From sequence record OR352947.1: DNA of 64,000 nucleotides; one strand, 5' to 3'. Below are positions 46,194-55,223 of the stretch, piece by piece. Each line of letters begins with the position of its first letter. Position 1 is the first letter of the stretch. Position numbers and translations under genes: made by a program. This stretch comes from Escherichia phage AV117. The notes beneath the pieces were generated by a model, which saw only the letters and a list, made by a program, of their open reading frames with translations, was not told where the DNA came from and did no database searches.

Positions 46194-46802
46194 TTATTTC
46201 AAAGAGTTAATATATTCTTGTACATCGGCAGAAGTGGTTTCGACACCGGTTGGAGTGCCATTGAACGTTTCAACACGAGTCAGAGTGTCTTCGATATCAA
46301 CCTTAGTTAGTGCAGCGATTTCAATTACATCATCGGCCGTAGAGATACCAAGGGCATTGGCTGCTCGAGTTTCACGAATGTATTCGAGTTTGATTGCCAG
46401 ATTCTGACGAGCATCATCAAGTTCAACCACCTTACGAGCAATTTCAATTCGCATAGCGGCATACCCGTCAGCTTTTGTATTAAGTTGTTCGGCAGTTCGA
46501 CGATACAGAAGACCAAGCTTAGCATGCATGGTAACATCTTGTCCTTCAGCCAGGAGCTTACGAATTTCACGTTCCTTAGAAGCTGCTTGCTTGTTCTTTT
46601 CATTAACAAGTTCGCGAATACGTTTTTCTTCATTAATAGATTTAACAGAAGCCGTTTTTAGTTCTTTGATTTGGGTAATCAACTTATCTGCAGCTGCGTT
46701 ATACTGTTCTTCGACAGTCAGATTTTTAGCCATAGCAGTACCCAGTTTAGTGCGGATGAATTCAACAAGTTTCTTCAGTGTGTTCATATTATTACCTTTC
46801 AA
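46194..46802 (-). CDS. coiled-coil protein, PspA/IM30-like pattern
   Basis: 202 aa; continuous heptad-type helices resembling phage-shock protein A; no enzymatic motif. Confidence 0.5.
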   Translation of the reverse strand: MKGNNMNTLKKLVEFIRTKLGTAMAKNLTVEEQYNAAADKLITQIKELKTASVKSINEEKRIRELVNEKNKQAASKEREIRKLLAEGQDVTMHAKLGLLYRRTAEQLNTKADGYAAMRIEIARKVVELDDARQNLAIKLEYIRETRAANALGISTADDVIEIAALTKVDIEDTLTRVETFNGTPTGVETTSADVQEYINSLK

Positions 46803-46809
46803 TTGGTGG

Positions 46810-46861
46810 TTTATTATCCAACGAGAGCATTATACTCTGCTCTCAAGAGTTTGTAAATTAT
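46810..46861 (-). repeat. 52-bp promoter-containing repeat, copy B
   Basis: matches 16545..16596 with 3 mismatches. Confidence 0.8.
46829..46857 (-). promoter_or_regulatory. early-type promoter
   Basis: minus-strand TTTACA-N17-TATAAT inside repeat copy B. Confidence 0.55.
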
Positions 46862-47085
46862 TTTTTAATCAAATTGACATAAAACTCGGCGTCTTCTGGG
46901 TGCATGCCTTCGCAGTATTCTTCAACCATGAACTTCTTAACAGCTTCATAAGGACCGCTCAGATTAAGCTCAGTTGTCCAGAATTTGGAATCTTGGACTG
47001 AATCGATACGAACTTCAGGGTGACGGTTGCGAATAACTTCTTCGGTGTATTCATAATCAACGACATCAATACTAACTGTAGCCAT
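46858..47085 (-). CDS. hypothetical protein
   Basis: 75 aa acidic ORF. Confidence 0.45.
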   Translation of the reverse strand: MATVSIDVVDYEYTEEVIRNRHPEVRIDSVQDSKFWTTELNLSGPYEAVKKFMVEEYCEGMHPEDAEFYVNLIKK

Positions 47086-47114
47086 TTTGTTTCTCCTCTG
47101 TAGTTGATAAGTCT

Positions 47115-47143
47115 ATAGTATCACCATCCTTGGTGTTTGTACA
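47115..47143 (-). promoter_or_regulatory. early-type promoter (variant -35)
   Basis: TGTACA-N17-TACTAT; shares ccatccttgg core with 25065 cassette. Confidence 0.45.
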
Positions 47144-47647
47144 TCATTTATTTTTAATTTTGCAAATTTTTTCTGCTTCAACAATTGCAGCGTCAATGAT
47201 GCTTTGTGCAATTTTATTACTAGTTGACCTGGCAATCACACTAAGAACAATTTCTTTTTCTTCACCACCCCAACCCCAAGTCCTTTGTTCGTGGGTACCT
47301 TTAACTACAGCTGAAACTTCAACAGAACGTCCACCATCAGAAGTTTTAACATCTACAACCCAATCACCATCTTTCTCTTCTACCCTTGATTTATCCCAAG
47401 AAATACTAATATATGATTCGCTATCAATAGAAGTCGCCGGGTTTTTCTCTACCGTAAGACCTTCACTTTCCAGCCATTCAATAGTATTTGCGCATAAATC
47501 TGAAGAACACCTAATCGGAAACCGGCAAGATTTTTCACCTTTAGCTGCAGCGTTATACATCTTTTCTAAAATACGCTTTTGCACGTTTTTAAAAATAGTT
47601 TCAGCAGATTCTTCAGATTTTTTATTCAGTTCAGTGTAAAGACTCAT
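47144..47647 (-). CDS. hypothetical protein
   Basis: 167 aa ORF. Confidence 0.5.
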   Translation of the reverse strand: MSLYTELNKKSEESAETIFKNVQKRILEKMYNAAAKGEKSCRFPIRCSSDLCANTIEWLESEGLTVEKNPATSIDSESYISISWDKSRVEEKDGDWVVDVKTSDGGRSVEVSAVVKGTHEQRTWGWGGEEKEIVLSVIARSTSNKIAQSIIDAAIVEAEKICKIKNK

Positions 47648-47674
47648 AATATTCTCCCCATGTTTTGATAGGTC

Positions 47675-47703
47675 TATAGTAACACATCTAGGGAAGAAGT
47701 AAA
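47675..47703 (-). promoter_or_regulatory. early-type promoter
   Basis: minus-strand GTTTAC-N17-TACTAT. Confidence 0.55.
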
Positions 47704-47734
47704 CAACTTTTTCAGTAAGTTATAGACCCCCTAA

Positions 47735-47750
47735 AGGGACCCGAAGGTCC
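47735..47750 (-). repeat. GGGACC-UUCG-GGUCCC stem-loop (copy of 29236..29251 element)
   Basis: 26-nt ccccctaaagggacccgaaggtcccc identical to 29226..29251. Confidence 0.6.
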
Positions 47751-47757
47751 CCATTCT

Positions 47758-48384
47758 TTACTTACGAGTTTTTGCATACTGAGCAGCGTCAGCAGCCAAA
47801 CGACCTGCCTGACGAAGTTTTTCTTTAATCGCATCGTGAAGTGGTTGAGTATACTTCAAACCTTCGATAGTCAAATAAAGACGATAAAGGTCTGGGGTAT
47901 CAAGGTTGTTGATATGTTGGCCATTGCGAAGAATATTGAATTCACGAACGAGTGAAGATGTATCGGATTCAATATCGCGAACAAGCGAAGATAGTTGTTT
48001 ATATTTTTTTTCCAGGCTAGAAGTATCAAACTTAAGAGCAGGAGCTTTAGGAGTTGCTTTTACTTCCGGCTTAGGCTCAGGTTTTGCTATTGCTTTAGGG
48101 GTCGCAGGTTTAGGAATGGTAGGAGCAGGTTTTACTTTAGGCGAACCCGATTTAGCAGAAACACCACCACTAACAATATCTTTGAATGCTTTAGAAGCTC
48201 TGTAATATTCTTTTTGGCTGGAAGTGTCGATACCGTACATGGCTTGAACGTTTTTGAAAAACTCTGTACTAGTTTTTGTACCAGAAATAGCATCGTAAGC
48301 AGCTTGCCATTTCTCTTTTGTCATACGTATACCGGCTTCGGTGATTACTTCCGTTTCGGCTAAAAATTCATTAAAAGTATACAT
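47758..48384 (-). CDS. internal-protein-like protein with variant CTS and Pro/Lys-rich linker
   Basis: 208 aa; N-terminal MYTFNEFLAETE resembles MKTYxEFIxE CTS; central PKVKPAPTIPKPATPKAIAKPEPKPEVKATPK repeats. Confidence 0.55.
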   Translation of the reverse strand: MYTFNEFLAETEVITEAGIRMTKEKWQAAYDAISGTKTSTEFFKNVQAMYGIDTSSQKEYYRASKAFKDIVSGGVSAKSGSPKVKPAPTIPKPATPKAIAKPEPKPEVKATPKAPALKFDTSSLEKKYKQLSSLVRDIESDTSSLVREFNILRNGQHINNLDTPDLYRLYLTIEGLKYTQPLHDAIKEKLRQAGRLAADAAQYAKTRK

Positions 48385-48428
48385 TGATGGTCCTTAGAAA
48401 GTAGGTTTATTGTTTACTATATTTATAC

Positions 48429-48456
48429 AAAAAAGCCCCAACCTTTCGGAAGGGGC
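48429..48456 (-). terminator. rho-independent terminator
   Basis: minus-strand GCCCC-N12-GGGGC hairpin followed by U6; near-copy of 32360..32388 terminator. Confidence 0.6.
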
Positions 48457-48499
48457 TATATACCTTGTCGGGGTTTCCACCTACTAGGTAAGTGTTTTT

Positions 48500-48657
48500 A
48501 CGAAACGCCGGGATTCGAACCCGGTTATTAAGCAGTTGACGCTACTCAATATTTTTAAAAGGCCATATCTCGACCATATCCGAACGTTCCGTCAAAAACG
48601 CTACTCGGCTTACGGCAAAGATATTTCCTCGAATCGATAATTCTGTGCGCCGTTTCT
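48500..48657 (-). ncRNA. candidate tRNA-like small stable RNA
   Basis: minus-strand CCGGG-UUCGAAU-CCCGG T-arm with adjacent CGUUUCG acceptor strand and distal complementary GAAACG; about 158 nt, too long for a canonical tRNA. Confidence 0.25.
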
Positions 48658-48759
48658 GCTGTGATGTAAGGGGGTATTAACAAATCGTAAAGATTTATTA
48701 AGACCAGTCCTTACTCAGGGAACATCAGTCCGACGTCTTGCCGGTAGCGACCCGGCTTC

Positions 48760-49104
48760 TTATTTTGGCATATCATCAATTTGCTCTCGACGCCGACGCC
48801 ATAGATTAATCGCTTCATAAACACATTCAGCATTTGGTATATGGCGACAATAGTATAGTGATTCGCGTTTCTGGAACCGATGTTGTAATGGAATTTCGTT
48901 TAAAAGGTCTTTACGGTCAAAGTATTCAAAACTAGTTAACCCGGAACGGTTTTTAAGAAACTTCCAATGTCCGAATTCATTTTGAAAATAAACGTAATCA
49001 GCGTGTTGATATAACGAATTAATCAACCGGTCGGAAATAACTGTATCCTGTTCGTTAAAATAAAACGTTAAATCATGAACTACCAAATAAATATTGCCTT
49101 TCAT
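48760..49104 (-). CDS. hypothetical protein
   Basis: start set at ATG 49104 (MKGNIYLVVHDL) after GAGGAAAA, avoiding overlap with tRNA. Confidence 0.5.
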   Translation of the reverse strand: MKGNIYLVVHDLTFYFNEQDTVISDRLINSLYQHADYVYFQNEFGHWKFLKNRSGLTSFEYFDRKDLLNEIPLQHRFQKRESLYYCRHIPNAECVYEAINLWRRRREQIDDMPK

Positions 49105-49122
49105 ATTTTCCTCACTTGAAGT

Positions 49123-49199
<77 letters not shown>

Positions 49200-49202
49200 G
49201 AT

Positions 49203-49277
49203 TGGTGACCCTGGCTGGTTTCGATCCAGCTACCTATCAGTTATGAGCTGACAGCTCTCCCATTGAGCTACAGGGCC
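49203..49277 (-). tRNA. tRNA with CAU anticodon (Met or lysidine-type Ile)
   Basis: 75 nt cloverleaf: acceptor GGCCCUG/CAGGGUC, anticodon loop CUCAUAA, T-arm GCUGG-AUCGAAA-CCAGC, encoded CCA. Confidence 0.7.
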
Positions 49278-49356
49278 TTAATAACTTTCTATTATGAAAG
49301 GCACTTTAGAGCACCTTTGGTAATAGAGGGTATGAATTAATAATAACACATAATTC

Positions 49357-49872
49357 TTAAAGCAAATCAACCATTTTAACGGTTGGCAAAACAATTTCTT
49401 TTTCAATATAAGCAAATTCGACACGTTCAACTACACGCAAGAAATCGTAATCATAGTATTCAGAAGCATAACCAAGAATATCAATAAGACCTTGAGATAT
49501 CTCATCGCCTTTCACAAAGAACAGGTCGAATACACGTGATTCATCTTCTTCAGATTTATTACCGAGGTCGACTTCAATATCAAAGACCTTTTTAATAAAT
49601 TCCGGATAAAGCTGGTCTGAGAACAGCCCTTCAACCAAGTATTCATAGATTAAAAGCGAGCAATCACTGAATGGTGTATTACCACAATAACGTTCGGCTT
49701 TGGTGCTAGAATGACGGCTCTTAAATTTCTTCAAGAGATATTTAAACTGTTGGAGCTCATGCTCTTCCACTTCAAACAATGTTTTGGTTTTATAGTTGTC
49801 ACCATCATTTTCATAGGTAGTGACATCAATTACGTAACCCTTAGGAATTGTACTGCCTAAACAAATATTCAT
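49357..49872 (-). CDS. hypothetical protein
   Basis: 171 aa ORF. Confidence 0.5.
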   Translation of the reverse strand: MNICLGSTIPKGYVIDVTTYENDGDNYKTKTLFEVEEHELQQFKYLLKKFKSRHSSTKAERYCGNTPFSDCSLLIYEYLVEGLFSDQLYPEFIKKVFDIEVDLGNKSEEDESRVFDLFFVKGDEISQGLIDILGYASEYYDYDFLRVVERVEFAYIEKEIVLPTVKMVDLL

Positions 49873-49876
49873 TTAC

Positions 49877-50167
49877 TCACCGTACCATATTAATGTAATT
49901 ATATTCAATGCAACGTAATTTCAAAGGATTCTTGAAAATATCATATTCAAGAGGACCTTTTTCTGTTTCAATAAAGAAATCAAAGTTCACACTATTAAAT
50001 TTGCGGTCTTCCCAAAGTAATTTAACCTGTGAAGATGAACGGTCGACGTAAACCTTTTCAACTTCAAAGTGGGTCAAAATACCATAGTAATCGACTAGTG
50101 CTTTAGCTGCAGCTCGGTCGCTTTCATATCCATTCTCAACGGATTTTACCTTAGCATAAAGAATCAT
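49877..50167 (-). CDS. hypothetical protein
   Basis: 96 aa ORF. Confidence 0.45.
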   Translation of the reverse strand: MILYAKVKSVENGYESDRAAAKALVDYYGILTHFEVEKVYVDRSSSQVKLLWEDRKFNSVNFDFFIETEKGPLEYDIFKNPLKLRCIEYNYINMVR

Positions 50168-50526
50168 GAATGTTCCACCATTTCAAAGGTATGAGCATCA
50201 ACAATATGATACCAGTCAAAATTTTCTTCTGCGTTTTTATAAATTTCGCGAAGAGCCTCAACAGTTTTTCCTGTAGCAACAAGGTCGTCAATACCACCAA
50301 GAGGATAACAGTCATAACCAGCAAACAGAAGGAAATTAATAGTTTCTGTAGGTTCTGGATGCAGAACTCCGTTATCGTCTACCACTTCAAAGAAAGTGTA
50401 AGAAGGAGTACAAGTTTTAATCCAGGCCCATGCTTGAGCTGCTGAATCAAACGGATTACGGAATAAACGACAATCAGGGTCTTTAGAAGGATTTGCTTCA
50501 AAATCAGCATATACATGATATTTCAT
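50164..50526 (-). CDS. hypothetical protein
   Basis: start set at ATG 50526 (MKYHVYADF). Confidence 0.45.
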   Translation of the reverse strand: MKYHVYADFEANPSKDPDCRLFRNPFDSAAQAWAWIKTCTPSYTFFEVVDDNGVLHPEPTETINFLLFAGYDCYPLGGIDDLVATGKTVEALREIYKNAEENFDWYHIVDAHTFEMVEHS

Positions 50527-50527
50527 T

Positions 50528-50734
50528 TTACTCACCTTTTGCAATTTTATCCATAACGATAGCGATTAAGCCGATTAGAAATGCTACTACCAATGAGATA
50601 GAGTTTTCAGTTGTTGTCAGTAGTCCACAAATGAATCCTACAAACATCGAAAAACTAAAAGCCATTGAAGCAATTACTACAGCAACATTACGAATCAGTT
50701 CAGCGCGTTTCATTTTATTTCTCCATTTACTCAT
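50528..50734 (-). CDS. hypothetical membrane protein
   Basis: 68 aa; two hydrophobic segments. Confidence 0.45.
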   Translation of the reverse strand: MSKWRNKMKRAELIRNVAVVIASMAFSFSMFVGFICGLLTTTENSISLVVAFLIGLIAIVMDKIAKGE

Positions 50735-50750
50735 TTGATTTGATAGGACT

Positions 50751-50780
50751 ACTATAACATAGTCCTATCGTGTTGTAAAC
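50751..50780 (-). promoter_or_regulatory. early-type promoter with perfect palindrome
   Basis: GTTTAC-N18-TATAGT; cassette identical to 44012..44050. Confidence 0.55.
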
Positions 50781-50783
50781 TAC

Positions 50784-51071
50784 TTACAGAAGAGTTTTTG
50801 CAATAATTTTAAGCTGAGCTACAGAAATATGCTTAGCTTTAAACAGTGCAGTCTCTTCAGCCGGAGAGATAACAATAGTAGCGCCATCTTTCTTAGCAGA
50901 CCATCCATCCCCTAAGTAAACAGTACCTTTTACTTCTTCGCCGTCAACCAGACTAATCATTGGTTTACCCTCACGTCCTTTATTTGCTTTAATAACTTCG
51001 GAAGTAAGGGTTGCTTCAGTCAGAGTAGAAACGTTAGCAACAGGTGATATAAATTCTTTATAGGTTTTCAT
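50784..51071 (-). CDS. ipI: internal protein I-like (capsid-packaged, CTS)
   Basis: 95 aa; N-terminal MKTYKEFISPVA; sits next to 57B as ipI does in T4. Confidence 0.7.
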   Translation of the reverse strand: MKTYKEFISPVANVSTLTEATLTSEVIKANKGREGKPMISLVDGEEVKGTVYLGDGWSAKKDGATIVISPAEETALFKAKHISVAQLKIIAKTLL

Positions 51072-51105
51072 TTTATTTCCTTGAGGTCGTTTATTTGATA
51101 GGATG

Positions 51106-51135
51106 ATAGTATCACGCCATCATCCTTATGTAAAC
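51106..51135 (-). promoter_or_regulatory. early-type promoter
   Basis: GTTTAC-N18-TACTAT with AGGATGAT/ATCATCCT inverted repeat. Confidence 0.5.
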
Positions 51136-51147
51136 TGTTTTGTGAAA

Positions 51148-51833
<686 letters not shown>

Positions 51834-51837
51834 TTTA

Positions 51838-52572
51838 TTACCTTAAGATTGTTTCAATTTTAGAATAAAGCTCTTCTAAAGAGCCGTCGTTTGTAATAAC
51901 TAAATCGCCTTCTTCAATAGGCAATCCAGCTTCTGTAATATGTTTATCGGTGGATTCCGTACCAGAGCGAACCACATGAATAACTGTAGCACCCATCGCT
52001 CTAGCGGTTTCCATTTCATGGACTTGGCGTGTATCGGTTACAACATAGTAATCGAAATCACTTCCAATATAATCCATATAGTTTAATGCAAAAAGTTTAA
52101 CCCAATACATACGGTCAAATAAATTAACGACAACATCCGTACCGAGGGCTTGCATAAGACGGCGGATTGACCATGTGTCGTTGATATTATTTATAGCTTC
52201 ACGCAGGGCTTCATATGGTTTAATATCTAGATATGAATACCCACCTTCTAATGATGATAATACTTTAACATTATTAATTGGTAAATATTGGCTTTGTAAA
52301 TAAATTAGCGTTTCTTCCATTAATTCAATAACATCCAACTTATTGATATTTAATGGTGTTTCACGGTCGTATCCAACACCTTCAAAGTATTCATATTTCA
52401 ACTCGGTGAATACATCAGGGTTTTCGGCGTGTTTACGCTCCCAAGCTATTGCTAGAGCGTCTTTAATCGGATATGCCAATTGGTATTTTACGGATTTAAA
52501 GTTTGAATTGATGTAATCAGCAGTAGTGTCTTTACCACTACGTTTGATGCCGCTTAAAAAGATTAGCTCCAT
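51838..52572 (-). CDS. 1: deoxynucleoside monophosphate kinase gp1
   Basis: 244 aa; P-loop GIKRSGKDTTADYI; ...MGATVIHVVR...GLPIEEGDLVITNDGSLEEL as in T4 gp1. Confidence 0.93.
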   Translation of the reverse strand: MELIFLSGIKRSGKDTTADYINSNFKSVKYQLAYPIKDALAIAWERKHAENPDVFTELKYEYFEGVGYDRETPLNINKLDVIELMEETLIYLQSQYLPINNVKVLSSLEGGYSYLDIKPYEALREAINNINDTWSIRRLMQALGTDVVVNLFDRMYWVKLFALNYMDYIGSDFDYYVVTDTRQVHEMETARAMGATVIHVVRSGTESTDKHITEAGLPIEEGDLVITNDGSLEELYSKIETILR

Positions 52573-52625
52573 AGGTTTTCCTCATATAATTTATGAGTGA
52601 TTATAACATACGGAGCTAGAAGCGA

Positions 52626-53210
52626 TTATCGCAAGGAAGGGTGTCTAGAAATGGATTTAGATTCGACTGCTTGACGTGGTTGTTGAGATACAATGACTTC
52701 GCCATCCTTTTCTATTGTCATATACGCGTAGTGAATAGTTGCTACGCACGTAACGGCAGGGTCAGAGTCTTCAGTGTAACTAAATTCAATTTCACTCAAA
52801 TCAGAAATCCATGGTTTATAGAAATTTGCCGTCAAAACTACTTCGGTCTTATTGTTGTTTAAAATGTGCAAAGTCACAAACTCAGGACCATCTGAGTGGG
52901 CCGTATTATGTCCGGTTATATAGTTATTAGTGCTGAGCATCCATTTATACATGTTCATCCAGGACGTCATGTCTTCATCAACTATAAATCGTACAATAAA
53001 AGGGTCATATTCAAATGTGGTGCCTGCGCGCATTGCACGTCCTAACCCCATTGTGCCTGTCACAGTTTCAACAACAGGAATTCTCACACCTGGCAATGGT
53101 GCCGTTTGGGCATTGAGCACAAAACCTGAAGTTCGTGTACTATCTGGGATATCCACAACAAAGTTTGTTATATTTGTTTGGTTAAAAATCTGTCTCGCTG
53201 GACGAGTCAT
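52626..53210 (-). CDS. 3: tail completion / sheath stabiliser gp3
   Basis: start set at ATG 53210 preceded by GAGGTG; T4 gene 3 position. Confidence 0.8.
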   Translation of the reverse strand: MTRPARQIFNQTNITNFVVDIPDSTRTSGFVLNAQTAPLPGVRIPVVETVTGTMGLGRAMRAGTTFEYDPFIVRFIVDEDMTSWMNMYKWMLSTNNYITGHNTAHSDGPEFVTLHILNNNKTEVVLTANFYKPWISDLSEIEFSYTEDSDPAVTCVATIHYAYMTIEKDGEVIVSQQPRQAVESKSISRHPSLR

Positions 53211-53312
53211 AAGCACCTCAAAAACGCTTTAATAAAAATGCAGTATAATGGTTTTAGGTCTCTTCCATTAATCCGGTTCAACAGAATATCAGAAGAACGG
53301 AAGAGAATAGAA

Positions 53313-54134
53313 TTAAGATTTCCAAACAGTATTCGCAGAGAAACGTTTTCCTTTTGACATAAACTGTTGAGTAGGTAACATGATTATGTTAGCCCAGTCT
53401 TTAGGAGCTATTTCTGTTATTGTTCCTCTAATGTGGCCTGGCAGGTATGCTTTAATCATTTTGTCAGCACCTTGAAATCCTTTCACCTTGCTCCAGTCTA
53501 TCTTCAACTTTGTGTTATTAGTAATAGTAGTTGTGCTAGCATATTGCTTCAGCAATTCTTCAAGAAACTGTTGTCGTGCTTTAGGCGGGATATAGTGCAA
53601 GTTTAACCCATACATCAAATTATGTTTACCTAATCCTAAATAAATAATCAAAGGATATCGGTCCCAATACGGCAGAGTATCTTTATGTTTAGCATCATAC
53701 ACGTAAGTATAAATTTTGCCTGGCGTAGGCTTGACTACTTTATGACCTTTTACACTTTTCTTAATTGTTTCAACAAACCATTTAGATGATTTGTTGTTTA
53801 CTGCTGCGCCTTCATTTCTAATCTTTTCTCGTATTGAACTGCGAAACGAGTTTATCATCAGAAGTTGACGTTCTTGCTTATTGAGTTTATTTTTAGGTTT
53901 AGATTCAAGCGTTTCAATTTTCTGTGCAGTCTTAATAGATGATGCATATCTAGACATTGCAGATGTAAACGACGAGTATTTTATTCCTTTTGATTCTGCA
54001 AATGCTTTTGCCGTGATTCCTTTCTCTTTAGCTTTCTTGTATTCTAATCCTATCTCAATCCATTTTCTTTCATTCATAGACTGAGCAATCTTAGGGGCTT
54101 GTACGCCTTCAGATATAATTTGGAATATGCTCAT
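53313..54134 (-). CDS. 2: DNA end protector gp2
   Basis: 273 aa; T4 gp2 is 274 aa; position between 3 and 4. Confidence 0.85.
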   Translation of the reverse strand: MSIFQIISEGVQAPKIAQSMNERKWIEIGLEYKKAKEKGITAKAFAESKGIKYSSFTSAMSRYASSIKTAQKIETLESKPKNKLNKQERQLLMINSFRSSIREKIRNEGAAVNNKSSKWFVETIKKSVKGHKVVKPTPGKIYTYVYDAKHKDTLPYWDRYPLIIYLGLGKHNLMYGLNLHYIPPKARQQFLEELLKQYASTTTITNNTKLKIDWSKVKGFQGADKMIKAYLPGHIRGTITEIAPKDWANIIMLPTQQFMSKGKRFSANTVWKS

Positions 54135-54136
54135 AA

Positions 54137-54586
54137 TTACCCCTTGTATCCGAGTTTTCTAAGACCATCTTCGGTTAGAACTCGGAATTTTATATTTCTC
54201 TTTTCAGCAACAGCTGAGGCAGCTTTCCATTTGTCACAGTTCACAGACCAGGTATATATTTCATTCATATAACGTTTCTTTGCTGCAGTCGTAAGATTTG
54301 CAGGCTTAATAGGTGGTTGAGTTTCTTTCTTTGGTTTTATTTCTACAAAGAACTCTTGACCTGATGCATCTTTCATCCATATGTCCATATAGTATCGACG
54401 TTTCTTACCTTCAGCATTACAAAAATATGGAATTACTGCTGTTTCACTACCCCATGCAATAATTTCTGGATTTTTATCCAACCATTCGAAAAAGAATTTT
54501 TCCCAGTTTGAACGATACGTTATTTTGGTATGGTCTCCACGGTATTTTTTTAAATTTTTTGGGACCCATTTACCAGAGTAGGCCAT
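54137..54586 (-). CDS. 4: head completion protein gp4
   Basis: 150 aa from [40 protein letters not shown] matching T4 gp4. Confidence 0.88.
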   Translation of the reverse strand: MAYSGKWVPKNLKKYRGDHTKITYRSNWEKFFFEWLDKNPEIIAWGSETAVIPYFCNAEGKKRRYYMDIWMKDASGQEFFVEIKPKKETQPPIKPANLTTAAKKRYMNEIYTWSVNCDKWKAASAVAEKRNIKFRVLTEDGLRKLGYKG

Positions 54587-54597
54587 GTTGTCCTCCT

Positions 54598-54605
54598 TAT
54601 AAATA
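54598..54605 (+). promoter_or_regulatory. late promoter TATAAATA (gene 53)
   Basis: exact T4 late-promoter octamer 43 nt upstream of gene 53 start. Confidence 0.6.
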
Positions 54606-54612
54606 GTATTAT

Positions 54613-54620
54613 TATTTATA
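54613..54620 (-). promoter_or_regulatory. late promoter TATAAATA (gene 4, divergent)
   Basis: minus-strand TATAAATA 27 nt upstream of gene 4 start codon. Confidence 0.5.
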
Positions 54621-54647
54621 CCAATTTCATATTGGAAGGAGACTATC

Positions 54648-55223
54648 TTGTTATTTACATTCTTCGACCCAATAGGATATAGTGCTAAAACAGTTGATAA
54701 GAATGCACCTACTATTCCTATGACAGACATATTTCGTAACTATAAAGAGTACTTTAAGCGTGTTGCTGCCAATTATAGATTACGTTCTTATTATATTAAA
54801 GGCTCTCCGCGTCCTGAAGAACTAGCAAACATAATTTATGGCAACCCTCAATTATACTGGGTCCTTTTGATGTGTAATGATAACTACGATCCGTATTATG
54901 GTTGGATTACATCTCAGGAAGCAGCGTATCAAGCTTCTATTCAGAAATATGCTAATGCTGGTGGCGACCAAGTTCTTTATCATATTAATGAAAATCGTGA
55001 GAAATTTTACAATTTGGTTTCATATCCGGACGAGCCTTTAGTGTGGTACGATAAAGGTGATGAAGCTCGTAAGTATCCGCAATATAAAGGACCTTTAGCT
55101 GCAGTGGATACTTATGAAGCGGCAGTATTAGATAATGAAAAACTTCGTAAAATAAAAATTGTTGCAAAAGAAGATATAAACTCGTTTATCACAGATTTGA
55201 TTCGTGAGATGGAGATTGCATAA
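54648..55223 (+). CDS. 53: baseplate wedge protein gp53
   Basis: 191 aa MLFTFFDPIGYSAKTV...; apparent TTG start after GGAAGGAG; T4 gp53 position. Confidence 0.85.
   Translation: MLFTFFDPIGYSAKTVDKNAPTIPMTDIFRNYKEYFKRVAANYRLRSYYIKGSPRPEELANIIYGNPQLYWVLLMCNDNYDPYYGWITSQEAAYQASIQKYANAGGDQVLYHINENREKFYNLVSYPDEPLVWYDKGDEARKYPQYKGPLAAVDTYEAAVLDNEKLRKIKIVAKEDINSFITDLIREMEIA

Noticed and set aside
46528-47001. 157-codon plus-strand ORF
   Set aside because: Antisense to two minus-strand genes and the intervening promoter; no support.
47130-47639. 169-codon plus-strand ORF
   Set aside because: Antisense mirror of minus-strand ORF 47144..47647, which has the promoter and RBS context.
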